Below, piece after piece: positions 20,019 through 28,091 of a stretch of DNA of 31,011 bases; the first letter of the stretch is position 1, and every line of letters begins with the position of its first letter. This DNA is from a virus. Lineage: Duplodnaviria; Caudoviricetes. A program made the position numbers and the translations under genes. Where the stretch lies: positions 1-31,011 of IMG/VR virus record IMGVR_UViG_3300031659_000053, one strand, 5' to 3'. The notes beneath the pieces were generated by a model. It worked only from the letters and a program-made list of their open reading frames with translations. It made no database searches and was not told the origin of the DNA.

Positions 20019-20221
20019 TGAGTAAGTATACAATGGTTGATGGAAGTCAAAGTTTTGCAAGGACGCAATCGGGTGCTATAATTAATATAAATAAAGATGA
20101 GATAGAGAGAGCACGTTCAAATAAAATCAAACGAAAGAATAAAGATAAAGAGTTTCGAGAATTAAAGAATGAAGTCGGTGAGATAAAAGAACTCCTCAAC
20201 AAACTAATAGAGAAACTGTAA
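20018..20221 (+). CDS. Small hypothetical protein with C-terminal coiled coil
   Basis: TAATG coupling on both sides. R...SGAIIN and ELKNEVGEIKELLNKL are typical of the small gene that follows this structural protein. Confidence 0.7.
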   Translation: MSKYTMVDGSQSFARTQSGAIININKDEIERARSNKIKRKNKDKEFRELKNEVGEIKELLNKLIEKL

Positions 20222-21726
20222 TGGCAACAACGAAACCGACTATCACGACAATTAACGATACGTTCACTGAACTGGTAACTAATTCCAATACAGTGTCTTT
20301 AGACTTGGGTGCAACAGGTAGACTAAACACGAACCAAGATTCTAGTGCCGTTGCAGCTATTAACGAACTGGAACTAGGTATTCGTGGTACATCCAATAAC
20401 CTAGTCGCAACAGACCTTGCAGACTTTACCGCAAACAACATTGTCTCTGCACTACATGAACTCGATAGTGACCTTCACGGTGCCGGTGGTGGTAACGCAA
20501 AGGCAGACTTAACCACCAATGCAAATGATATTGTATCTGGTGTTAATGAACTTGAATTGGGTATCAGGGGAACTAATAACGGACTGGTTGCAGCTATCCT
20601 ATCAACTACCGCAAATGACCTAGTATTGGCCATTGGTGAACTTGATAGTGACATTGGTGCAAGACCACACACAACTCTTACAACGGGTTCAAAGAACCTC
20701 ACTGCTGCGGTCAATGAACTTGAAGCAGACATATTTAACGCAGAGGGTGGAACTAAAAGAACCCTTGCGTCACTTGGTACAACCGATAAGACTGGTATCG
20801 TTGATGCAATCAATGAACTAGAAACTGCAATCCGTGGTACTACAGCAAACTACACTATTAGTACTTCTAGTAACGATTTAGTGGGTGCGGTCAACGAACT
20901 TGATGCATTGCAAGGTAATGTATCAATGGGTACAAGTGCATCTACCATTACAGGTGCAATTAGAGAACATGACTTAGAGTTAGGTACAATCACTGCCGCT
21001 GCAATGGGTACAACTGCATCTACAGTATCTACTGCGATTGCAGAACTAGAAGTAGAGATTGATACACTTAATACAAAAGTCGAACCCGCCCAATCAATCA
21101 CAACTACTGCAACTACATTATCAGATGCAGTAAATGAACTCGATGGCGAGTTAGGTACAATCACTGCCGCTGCAATGGGTACAACTGCCTCTACGGTATC
21201 AACCGCAATTAAAGAACTAGAAATAGAGATTGATACACTCAATACCTTTGTTGAACCTACACAGTCATTGACCACTACTGCGACAACAATTCCTGATGCA
21301 ATCAACGAACACGATGCAGAGATTGGTTCTGCATCTCTCAATACCTCTGCGACCACACTACGTGGTGCAATCAACGAGTTACATACCGAGGTTGGTTCTG
21401 CAATTGGTAGTACACACAACACTACCACTGGTAATATTGGTGCATCTCTCAACTCCCTAGATAGTGCTGTAGGTAATCTAGCAATACTAAATAGTGATGG
21501 TTCTATCGGAAACAGAACTGACCTCGTAAGAGCGGTCAACTCACTTGCGGATGACATCACACTATTAGATTCGGACAGTACATTACAGAACTCAAGATTG
21601 GGTTCACTAGTAGATTTAAATTCCGCATTTGTTAATGCTGAGAGAAACAACTTTGTTGCTGCCCTAAACGCACTGAGAGCTGATATTCCATTAATCTTTA
21701 ACGAGAATGGAACGCAACTTAATTAA
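20221..21726 (+). CDS. Fibre-like structural protein with repeated T.A..L..A(I/V)NEL segments
   Basis: Many (L/I)V.A(I/V)NEL(E/D) motifs separated by Thr/Gly linkers, consistent with a segmented coiled-coil fibre (fibritin-like position). Confidence 0.65.
   Translation: MATTKPTITTINDTFTELVTNSNTVSLDLGATGRLNTNQDSSAVAAINELELGIRGTSNNLVATDLADFTANNIVSALHELDSDLHGAGGGNAKADLTTNANDIVSGVNELELGIRGTNNGLVAAILSTTANDLVLAIGELDSDIGARPHTTLTTGSKNLTAAVNELEADIFNAEGGTKRTLASLGTTDKTGIVDAINELETAIRGTTANYTISTSSNDLVGAVNELDALQGNVSMGTSASTITGAIREHDLELGTITAAAMGTTASTVSTAIAELEVEIDTLNTKVEPAQSITTTATTLSDAVNELDGELGTITAAAMGTTASTVSTAIKELEIEIDTLNTFVEPTQSLTTTATTIPDAINEHDAEIGSASLNTSATTLRGAINELHTEVGSAIGSTHNTTTGNIGASLNSLDSAVGNLAILNSDGSIGNRTDLVRAVNSLADDITLLDSDSTLQNSRLGSLVDLNSAFVNAERNNFVAALNALRADIPLIFNENGTQLN
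20977..21318 (+). repeat. Intragenic 171-nt (57-aa) tandem duplication
   Basis: gagttaggtacaatcactgccgctgcaatgggtacaactgc is identical at 20977 and 21148. Protein copies are ELGTITAAAMGTTASTVSTAI(A/K)ELE(V/I)EIDTLNT(K/F)VEP.QS.TTTATT..DA.NE. Confidence 0.9.
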
Positions 21727-21737
21727 TCGGAGAGAAC

Positions 21738-24230
21738 ATGACTGTTCTATTAAAACTAAAAGACAGTGCTAGTGCCGATTTTGTTGAGTTTTCCTCTACA
21801 GAAGAGAACTACATTGCGTACCAAGCTGGTCTACAACTTGCATCTGACGACAGTTCTGATGTAGGTTCCCTTGCGTTTGGTATCCACGGCACTCAGAACA
21901 ACATTGGTTCTTTCACAAACACCGCCTATGATTCCGCAGTAGGAACAGGTGGTGATGGTTCGTTCCTAACATTTACCACAACAACAACACCAATCAGACA
22001 GACCCTTGGTACAGTGACTCCTTCGGGAACCAACTATCGTATTCCTGTTACACAAAGAGATAGTGATGGACAAAGAATCATTCAGGAAATGAGTGATGCT
22101 GATGAAGATAGTTTGTTAACAAGAATTGGTTCACGTATCTTCACGTCCGATTACCCCGGCTCATATAAACTCGCAACGTCAACACCATCTGGTGGGTACA
22201 CACTCGCATTATCAGATGTGACAACCGACACCAGAGCTGATGGTGCGTCAGTACAGAAAAACATCTATAGACGAACAAGCATGACAGCACCCACTAAGGT
22301 GTTGCCTTTTGCGATTAAACGTTCTAGCGGTGCAACGGGAACCTATCAGGGTCTTCAGTTGATGACCGATGCACAAGTAAAATACAGTATTGGTACTAGG
22401 TTAAAGAATAAGATTGCGTCTAGTACTAGTGGTGTGGGTACATATAAGGTATTGAGTTCCGCAACAGGAACACCAACCAACGCAGGGTTCACTGGTACTT
22501 GGCAATCAAAGGGAGCTGCGACTGATACTCGTAATGCAATTGTTGATGTAAACTATACAAGAAATCGTGCATCCACTTATGCAAGATTAAGAAACTCTAA
22601 CTATACTGCTGCTTATACTAGGTCAAGAAGTTCTACGTATGCAAGGTCTTCTAATGTTACGAGAACAAGCACATACTCAGCTACGTATACTAAGACCAGA
22701 GTCAGTACTTATTTAATCAGTGGTTTCCTTGGTAACTACACAGGTAACTATTCTAGAACAACGTCAGGAACATTTACAAGAACTTCAATCACGACATCTC
22801 CCTACGCAAGCGCCTTTACTGGTAACTTCTCTGGTAACTATTCTCGTCTATTAGCATATACTGGCAACTATGCTGGTGTGGGTGGAAACTATAATAGAAG
22901 TTCTACAGTAGTTGCTAACTATGCAAGAACTTCAACTAATGTCTTTACTGGTAACTTTACCAGAGACTTGACCTATGTGGGTAACTATAGTTCTGACTTC
23001 CTTGGTGAATACTCAGCTGCGTATCAAAGAGTATCGACCGAAGGTAACTTTTCTCGTAACTTCATCGGTAACTATGGACGTGCGTTTACACGAACTCGTT
23101 CGTCTAGTTATACTAGAAACAGTACCAGAGATTCACAGAGAACTAGTACCAGAGATTCACAGAGAACTATTGCGGGTAACTTTACTGGTGACTTTACTGG
23201 TAACTATGCAAGAAACTTCGCTAGTAACTTTACTAGAACTAGTATAGGTACAATGGGTTATACAACCAACTTTCAAAGGGGTCGTGCAAAGAATAATAAC
23301 CTCGCAATCTATACTGGTAACTTTGTTGGCCAGAATTACTATACTCGTAATCGTGTAACTAGTCAAGGTTCTTTGAGTGGTGTCATCTATTCAGCCCCAG
23401 GCAATACCACAAGTATATATTGGTCAGTACCAATTGATTACTCTGACCAATTCTTTATTTATGACAACGGTTCTAAAAGTCAGCTGTCGATGCAGGCGTT
23501 TGTGACCCCCTCCCAGCCAATGGGCACGATGCCATTGTCTTTTTATGAGAGCATTCTGGAGTATAATGGTAGTACCACGATACCATCATACAAAGTCGTT
23601 CTTGGATGGTTTCAGGATAACAGTGCCTCAGGGCGAGCTTCTTCAGTATTGTTTTTGCAAAGTATCACAGCCATTAAATCCGGCAGTACTGAGTATCGCA
23701 AGGGTAGTTATCGAATGTCCTATTACGGCAGCCCTGTTTATGATATGCGAAAACGAACGATAACTAGTTATACAGGTAACTACGCTGAAACCTTTGTTGG
23801 TAACTACGCTAGAAACTTTGCTAGAGGTTTCACCAGAAACTCTACAAGAAACTCAGCTACAAGTTTTACTGGTAACTTCGCTGGTGACTTTTTAGGTAAC
23901 TTTACTGGTGATTTCACTGGTAACTACGGTAGAAACTTTATTGGTAACTACTCTAGAAATTACACTAGAACTCGTGCGTCTACATACACTGGACTTGCAC
24001 ACTTTTCTCGTAACTTCGCTGGTAACTTCATTGGTAACTACTCTAGAGATTTCTCAACGGATTTCACTGGTAACTACTCAAGAAACTATGCTGGTAACTA
24101 TACGGGAGATTATACTCGTAACTTCACTGGTAACTATTCCAGAACATTTGCTGGCAACTATGCTGGTGCGACAATCGGGTCTGGTAATACAAACATTGAG
24201 ACGTATACTCTCTATGTAAGAACTGCATAA
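21738..24230 (+). CDS. Putative fibre protein A: base domain, branched self-complementary tetrapeptide stems and an inserted tip domain
   Basis: N-terminal ~273 aa and C-terminal TYTLYVRTA are homologous to the next ORF. The middle consists of xGN(Y/F)/xRTR/xRNS units around a 131-aa non-repetitive domain. Confidence 0.75.
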   Translation: MTVLLKLKDSASADFVEFSSTEENYIAYQAGLQLASDDSSDVGSLAFGIHGTQNNIGSFTNTAYDSAVGTGGDGSFLTFTTTTTPIRQTLGTVTPSGTNYRIPVTQRDSDGQRIIQEMSDADEDSLLTRIGSRIFTSDYPGSYKLATSTPSGGYTLALSDVTTDTRADGASVQKNIYRRTSMTAPTKVLPFAIKRSSGATGTYQGLQLMTDAQVKYSIGTRLKNKIASSTSGVGTYKVLSSATGTPTNAGFTGTWQSKGAATDTRNAIVDVNYTRNRASTYARLRNSNYTAAYTRSRSSTYARSSNVTRTSTYSATYTKTRVSTYLISGFLGNYTGNYSRTTSGTFTRTSITTSPYASAFTGNFSGNYSRLLAYTGNYAGVGGNYNRSSTVVANYARTSTNVFTGNFTRDLTYVGNYSSDFLGEYSAAYQRVSTEGNFSRNFIGNYGRAFTRTRSSSYTRNSTRDSQRTSTRDSQRTIAGNFTGDFTGNYARNFASNFTRTSIGTMGYTTNFQRGRAKNNNLAIYTGNFVGQNYYTRNRVTSQGSLSGVIYSAPGNTTSIYWSVPIDYSDQFFIYDNGSKSQLSMQAFVTPSQPMGTMPLSFYESILEYNGSTTIPSYKVVLGWFQDNSASGRASSVLFLQSITAIKSGSTEYRKGSYRMSYYGSPVYDMRKRTITSYTGNYAETFVGNYARNFARGFTRNSTRNSATSFTGNFAGDFLGNFTGDFTGNYGRNFIGNYSRNYTRTRASTYTGLAHFSRNFAGNFIGNYSRDFSTDFTGNYSRNYAGNYTGDYTRNFTGNYSRTFAGNYAGATIGSGNTNIETYTLYVRTA
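22557..24161 (+). repeat. Tetrapeptide (12-nt period) coding repeat region of fibre A
   Basis: Recurrent (act)ggtaac(tat/ttc) and agaac units. An exact 24-nt tandem agtaccagagattcacagagaact x2 lies at 23121..23168. Confidence 0.9.
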
Positions 24231-24233
24231 ATA
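24226..24233 (+). promoter_or_regulatory. Possible variant late promoter (CATAAATA)
   Basis: One mismatch to TATAAATA. It overlaps the fibre A stop codon, 8 nt before the ATG at 24242. Confidence 0.35.
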
Positions 24234-24241
24234 GGGTTGTT

Positions 24242-26869
24242 ATGGGAACTACTACACTAAAACTTGAAGGCACTAATGGTGACCTTAAAGAGATAACTAC
24301 TACCGAAGAGAATTACCTCGCCTATCAGGCGGGGTTGCATTTGTCTGCGTTAGATTCTAGTGCCGTAGCGGCACTCACAACAACCAGTACAAACAACACT
24401 TTAATCGGTACATACACAGATACTAGTTTTACCGATGCAGCAGGCACACACGGGTTCAGTGGTGGTAATGTTCCTGTTATACAAACAACAAGTTCGTTCT
24501 ATCAAAAAGAAGGTGTAGCCAACTTTGCAGGAGACTCGGATTCATTTAGATATCCGACAGAGTTTGCTGATAACGGTGGAACACCAGAACTTCATGAATT
24601 AGATTCAGCTGAAGTTAACACACTCACAGACAGACTCTTATCTCGTATTGCGGTGTCAGAATATCCAGGCGTATATCGTCTAGGTTCCTCATCGCCAGGC
24701 GGAACATTCTCTGTATACAAGGCGGGAGTGTTTACCGATAAACTTCGACCTACCGTTAGTGGAACCGCATACAACCTATATGTGAAGTCTTCGATGACAT
24801 CACCAACGGCAATAAGACCCGTTTCAATTAAACGGTCAAGTGGTCTGACGGGTTCTTTCCAAGGCATCAAAGAGATGACCGATGCGGAAATAAGATATAC
24901 CTTTGGTTCAAGAGTCCAGTCCCGTATCATGAATGGTTCGTCTGGTATTGGTACATATCAACTACGTAGTAACATTCAGGGAGCTCCATCTGATAGTGGT
25001 ACATGGGCTGCAAAAGGAACTGCAACCGACACCCGTTATGATTTGGTCAACACAGATTATTCTGCTGCCTATACTAGAAACAGTACCAGAGATTCAACAG
25101 TTAACTCCACACAGAACTTTTCTCGAAGTGTTGATTATGTAGGTAACTACGCAAGAAGTTTCACAGCAAACTATCTCGGTGAGTATGTTGGTGATTTCAC
25201 TGGTGACTACGCTGGTGATTTCACTGGTAACTATTCGAGAAGTTTTCTTGGTGACTACACAGGAAACTATGCAAGAAACTTTGAAGGTAACTACACTGGT
25301 AACTACGCAAGAAACTTCCTTGGTAATTACGTAGGTAACTATGCACGTGCTTACTCAGCTGTTTATTCCAGAACAAGGGTAACAACTTATACGGGTGATT
25401 TCACTGGTAACTATGTAGGTAACTATACTCGTAATTATGCGGCCGCCTATACTAGAAACAGGGTAGCTAACTATGTTGGTGACTTTACAGGTAACTACAC
25501 AGGAAACTATACTCGTAATTATGCGGCAAACTATCAAAGAACTCGTGTAACTACTTACACTGGTAACTTCCTCGGTGACTACACTGGTAACTATGCTCGG
25601 GCATTTAGTGCGAACTATCAGAGAACTTCAACCAGAACTTCAACCAGAACTTCAACTCCATCTTACCTCGGCGACTATGTTGGTAACTTCCTCAGAACAA
25701 GAGCGACTGCATATGCTAGAACTCGTGTAACTACTTACACTGGTAACTACGTAGGTAACTATACTGGTAACTTCGTAGGCAACTATACTGGTAACTTCGT
25801 TGGTAACTATGGCAGAACAAGAGCAACTGCATACGCAAGGACTCGTGCTACCGCATACGCAAGAACTCGTACAGCCACTGGCAACTATGCGAGAACACGT
25901 TCAACCAACTATGCGGGTGGTGGTAAAGGTGGTAACGCTTATAACTACACTGGTAACTTTGTAGGTAACTATGCCAGAAACCTGTACTACGTAGGTAACT
26001 ACACGGGCAACTTTGTAGGAAATTACACGGGTAACTTCGTTGGTAACTATTCCAGAACAAGAGCAACGGCATACAATAGAACAAGAGCAACTGCATACGC
26101 AAGAACTCGTGTTACAAACTATGTTGGTAACTACGTAGGCAACTATACTGGTAACTTCGCAGGCAACTATGGCACTAACTTCCAAAGAACTCGCATAGGT
26201 AGCTTCGTAGGTAACTTTGCTGGTAACTTCCTTGGTGACTACACAGGTAACTACGCACGAAACTTTTCAGCAAACTATCAGAGAACACGTGTTACCAACT
26301 ATGTCGGTAACTTCCTTGGTGACTTCACAGGTAATTATGCCCGTGCATTTAGTGCTGCCTATACTCGAAATAGTGTTGCAACATTTGCTGGTGACTTTAC
26401 AGGTAACTACACAGGTAATTATGCCCGTGCATTTAGTGCTGACTATACTCGAAACTCGTTACAGGACTTTGCTGGCAACTTTGTTGGTGAGTACACTGGT
26501 AACTATTCGAGAAGTTTTACTGCGGATTATCAAAGAACGAGAGTGTCAACATACTCAGCTGTTTATTCCAGAACACGAACATCCTTGTACAGTGCAAACT
26601 ATCAGAGAACTCGTGCATCTACATACACAAGAAATTCTACCAGAAACTCTCTAAGAAACTCTGTTGCAACATTCACTAGAACTAGTGTCGTGGTGCGTTC
26701 GAGTAACTACAGTAGAACACGAACGAGTGTTACAACCTTTACTGGCGACTTTACTGGTAACTTTGTTGGCGACTTTACAGGTAACTATGTGGGTAACTAT
26801 GTGGGTACAACAATTGATTCTGGAACGTCTACAATTAAGACCTACACCCTCTATCAAAGAACAGCATAA
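24242..26869 (+). CDS. Putative fibre protein B: base domain plus a single long self-complementary tetrapeptide hairpin
   Basis: Paralog of the upstream ORF (TEENY.AYQAGL.L; IKRSSG.TG..QG...MTDA...Y..G.R; W..KG.ATDTR; TYTLY.RTA). It carries 70+70 tetrapeptide units around an AGGGKGGNAYNY turn. Confidence 0.75.
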   Translation: MGTTTLKLEGTNGDLKEITTTEENYLAYQAGLHLSALDSSAVAALTTTSTNNTLIGTYTDTSFTDAAGTHGFSGGNVPVIQTTSSFYQKEGVANFAGDSDSFRYPTEFADNGGTPELHELDSAEVNTLTDRLLSRIAVSEYPGVYRLGSSSPGGTFSVYKAGVFTDKLRPTVSGTAYNLYVKSSMTSPTAIRPVSIKRSSGLTGSFQGIKEMTDAEIRYTFGSRVQSRIMNGSSGIGTYQLRSNIQGAPSDSGTWAAKGTATDTRYDLVNTDYSAAYTRNSTRDSTVNSTQNFSRSVDYVGNYARSFTANYLGEYVGDFTGDYAGDFTGNYSRSFLGDYTGNYARNFEGNYTGNYARNFLGNYVGNYARAYSAVYSRTRVTTYTGDFTGNYVGNYTRNYAAAYTRNRVANYVGDFTGNYTGNYTRNYAANYQRTRVTTYTGNFLGDYTGNYARAFSANYQRTSTRTSTRTSTPSYLGDYVGNFLRTRATAYARTRVTTYTGNYVGNYTGNFVGNYTGNFVGNYGRTRATAYARTRATAYARTRTATGNYARTRSTNYAGGGKGGNAYNYTGNFVGNYARNLYYVGNYTGNFVGNYTGNFVGNYSRTRATAYNRTRATAYARTRVTNYVGNYVGNYTGNFAGNYGTNFQRTRIGSFVGNFAGNFLGDYTGNYARNFSANYQRTRVTNYVGNFLGDFTGNYARAFSAAYTRNSVATFAGDFTGNYTGNYARAFSADYTRNSLQDFAGNFVGEYTGNYSRSFTADYQRTRVSTYSAVYSRTRTSLYSANYQRTRASTYTRNSTRNSLRNSVATFTRTSVVVRSSNYSRTRTSVTTFTGDFTGNFVGDFTGNYVGNYVGTTIDSGTSTIKTYTLYQRTA
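25061..26800 (+). repeat. Tetrapeptide (12-nt period) coding repeat region of fibre B
   Basis: Dozens of ggtaacta(c/t), ggtgact and agaactcgt units. A near-exact 12-nt triple agaacttcaacc lies at 25622..25656. Confidence 0.92.
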
Positions 26870-26911
26870 ACATCGTATATATAATAGTGAAGAAGACATA
26901 GGAGACTTAAC

Positions 26912-27361
26912 ATGGCAAAAAATTGGTTAGATAATGCATTCTGGGAAACCCCCAAAAAACAAATATTGAATGCAATCAGTGAAGATGAAGTTGGAAACAA
27001 ACAGGTTCGTCAAGTTCATAGATTGGACAAGGTCAACGAAGATGGAACAGACAATGAACTGTTCATCGAAGCTGTTGCATTCCTTGGACAAGATAAGATT
27101 GATGAGTCCAGTAAGAAACGATTGGAAAAGAAACAGGGTGAAGCTGAACTTGAGAAACAAAAGAAACTAGAACACGAACGTGCAAAGAAACTAGAAAAAT
27201 TGTTCGAGTATAAACTAGAGACTTTTGAGATTGAAGAGATTAAGGTTTCTAAGAACCGTCTTTTAAAATCTAAGTTAAGACGCTCCAAATCGATTCCTGA
27301 AGTGAATCTCTATGCTATGATGATTGTGAAGGAAACGTTGGATGAAGAAAACACCAAGTAA
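26912..27361 (+). CDS. Hypothetical charged helical protein
   Basis: GGAG RBS upstream (aggagacttaacATG). K/E-rich coiled coil, LF.YKLE.FEIEEIK.SKNR.LKSKLRRSKS. Function not recognisable. Confidence 0.7.
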   Translation: MAKNWLDNAFWETPKKQILNAISEDEVGNKQVRQVHRLDKVNEDGTDNELFIEAVAFLGQDKIDESSKKRLEKKQGEAELEKQKKLEHERAKKLEKLFEYKLETFEIEEIKVSKNRLLKSKLRRSKSIPEVNLYAMMIVKETLDEENTK

Positions 27362-28091
27362 AGGTTTTGTAATTGTTGCATCAAAGAACCAAAACTTCTA
27401 TACATATGCCGTCAATCTAATAGAGTCAATCAGAGACTACTACCCCGAAGCTAAAATCTGTCTCGTCACGGAAGAACATTTCCTTGATGACCGTGCGGAT
27501 GAAGCCGACAAAATTATTCTGTGTGATGACCACTACCGTGCAAAATTGTGGGGTATGGCACAATCTCCGTGGGACATTACAATGTATGTCGATGCTGACA
27601 TGGATTGTGAACACGAGGACATTGCAAAAGTTTGGGATGAGATGAAAGACTATGATATGGTCTTTCACGCATTAACTCCAGAACGTGAGAAATATTACGC
27701 AATTCGTGAATTCGCTTATGGTGGTGGTACTGAGAAGTTCACCCTATGTGGTGGTGTGTGTCTTTATAATAGTGCCAAACCATTGGTACGTGAGTTTATG
27801 GAAGACTGGTTCGAGTTGTACAATAAACAACAAAGAGATATGTGGCGACCAGAAGGTTTTAACAAGGAACAGTTTGACCGTGACCTAAGACATTTTGACC
27901 AGACAACACTTTGGTGGTTGACTGAGAAAGAAGAGAAATACAAAGACTTGAAGATTGGTATCTTCTACGATGACATTCGTTGGAACTACTTTACTCAATA
28001 TGCGTATGAAGGACTTAAATCTATTGATGGTAAACCACCTATCCTGAGACACTACTCTGGCTCTCTCAAGAAAGATGTATTAATAGTATGA
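27342..28091 (+). CDS. GT-A fold glycosyltransferase (GT8-like)
   Basis: KGFVIVAS...Y...AVNLIESIRDY.P...ICLVT; RAKL.....SPWDITMYVDAD (DxD motif); GGVCLY; DQTTLW; RWNY; ILRHY. Confidence 0.8.
   Translation: MKKTPSKGFVIVASKNQNFYTYAVNLIESIRDYYPEAKICLVTEEHFLDDRADEADKIILCDDHYRAKLWGMAQSPWDITMYVDADMDCEHEDIAKVWDEMKDYDMVFHALTPEREKYYAIREFAYGGGTEKFTLCGGVCLYNSAKPLVREFMEDWFELYNKQQRDMWRPEGFNKEQFDRDLRHFDQTTLWWLTEKEEKYKDLKIGIFYDDIRWNYFTQYAYEGLKSIDGKPPILRHYSGSLKKDVLIV

Noticed and set aside
20086-20093. Intragenic TATAAATA (also 603..610 on the minus strand)
   Set aside because: Both arise from N-I-N-K codons inside genes. They may be functional but cannot be distinguished from chance, so they are not listed as features.
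20850-21650. Long minus-strand ORFs (this 266-aa one, also 5770..6369, 17468..18001, 14879..15298 and others)
   Set aside because: These are antisense shadows of strongly codon-biased plus-strand structural genes and have no protein-family features.
23367-23759. Diversity-generating retroelement variable region
   Set aside because: No template repeat or reverse transcriptase is visible in the window, and no second copy differing only at adenines was seen. It cannot be excluded elsewhere in the genome.
23545-23763. Overlapping 72-aa ORF inside the tip domain
   Set aside because: No RBS or recognisable motif; most likely a chance alternative frame.
25061-26800. DNA/RNA inverted repeat as the cause of the arm symmetry
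   Set aside because: The reverse complement of ggtaactat (GNY) is atagttacc, not the agaactcgt (RTR) found on the opposite arm. The complementarity exists only at the amino-acid level.
22557-26800. CRISPR array or non-coding repeat array
   Set aside because: The repeats are 12-nt, in frame, vary at synonymous positions and have no unique spacers. No cas genes are present.
26870-26911. TATATATAATA upstream of the 149-aa ORF as a promoter
   Set aside because: It is not an exact late box and has no convincing -35 element, so support is too weak.
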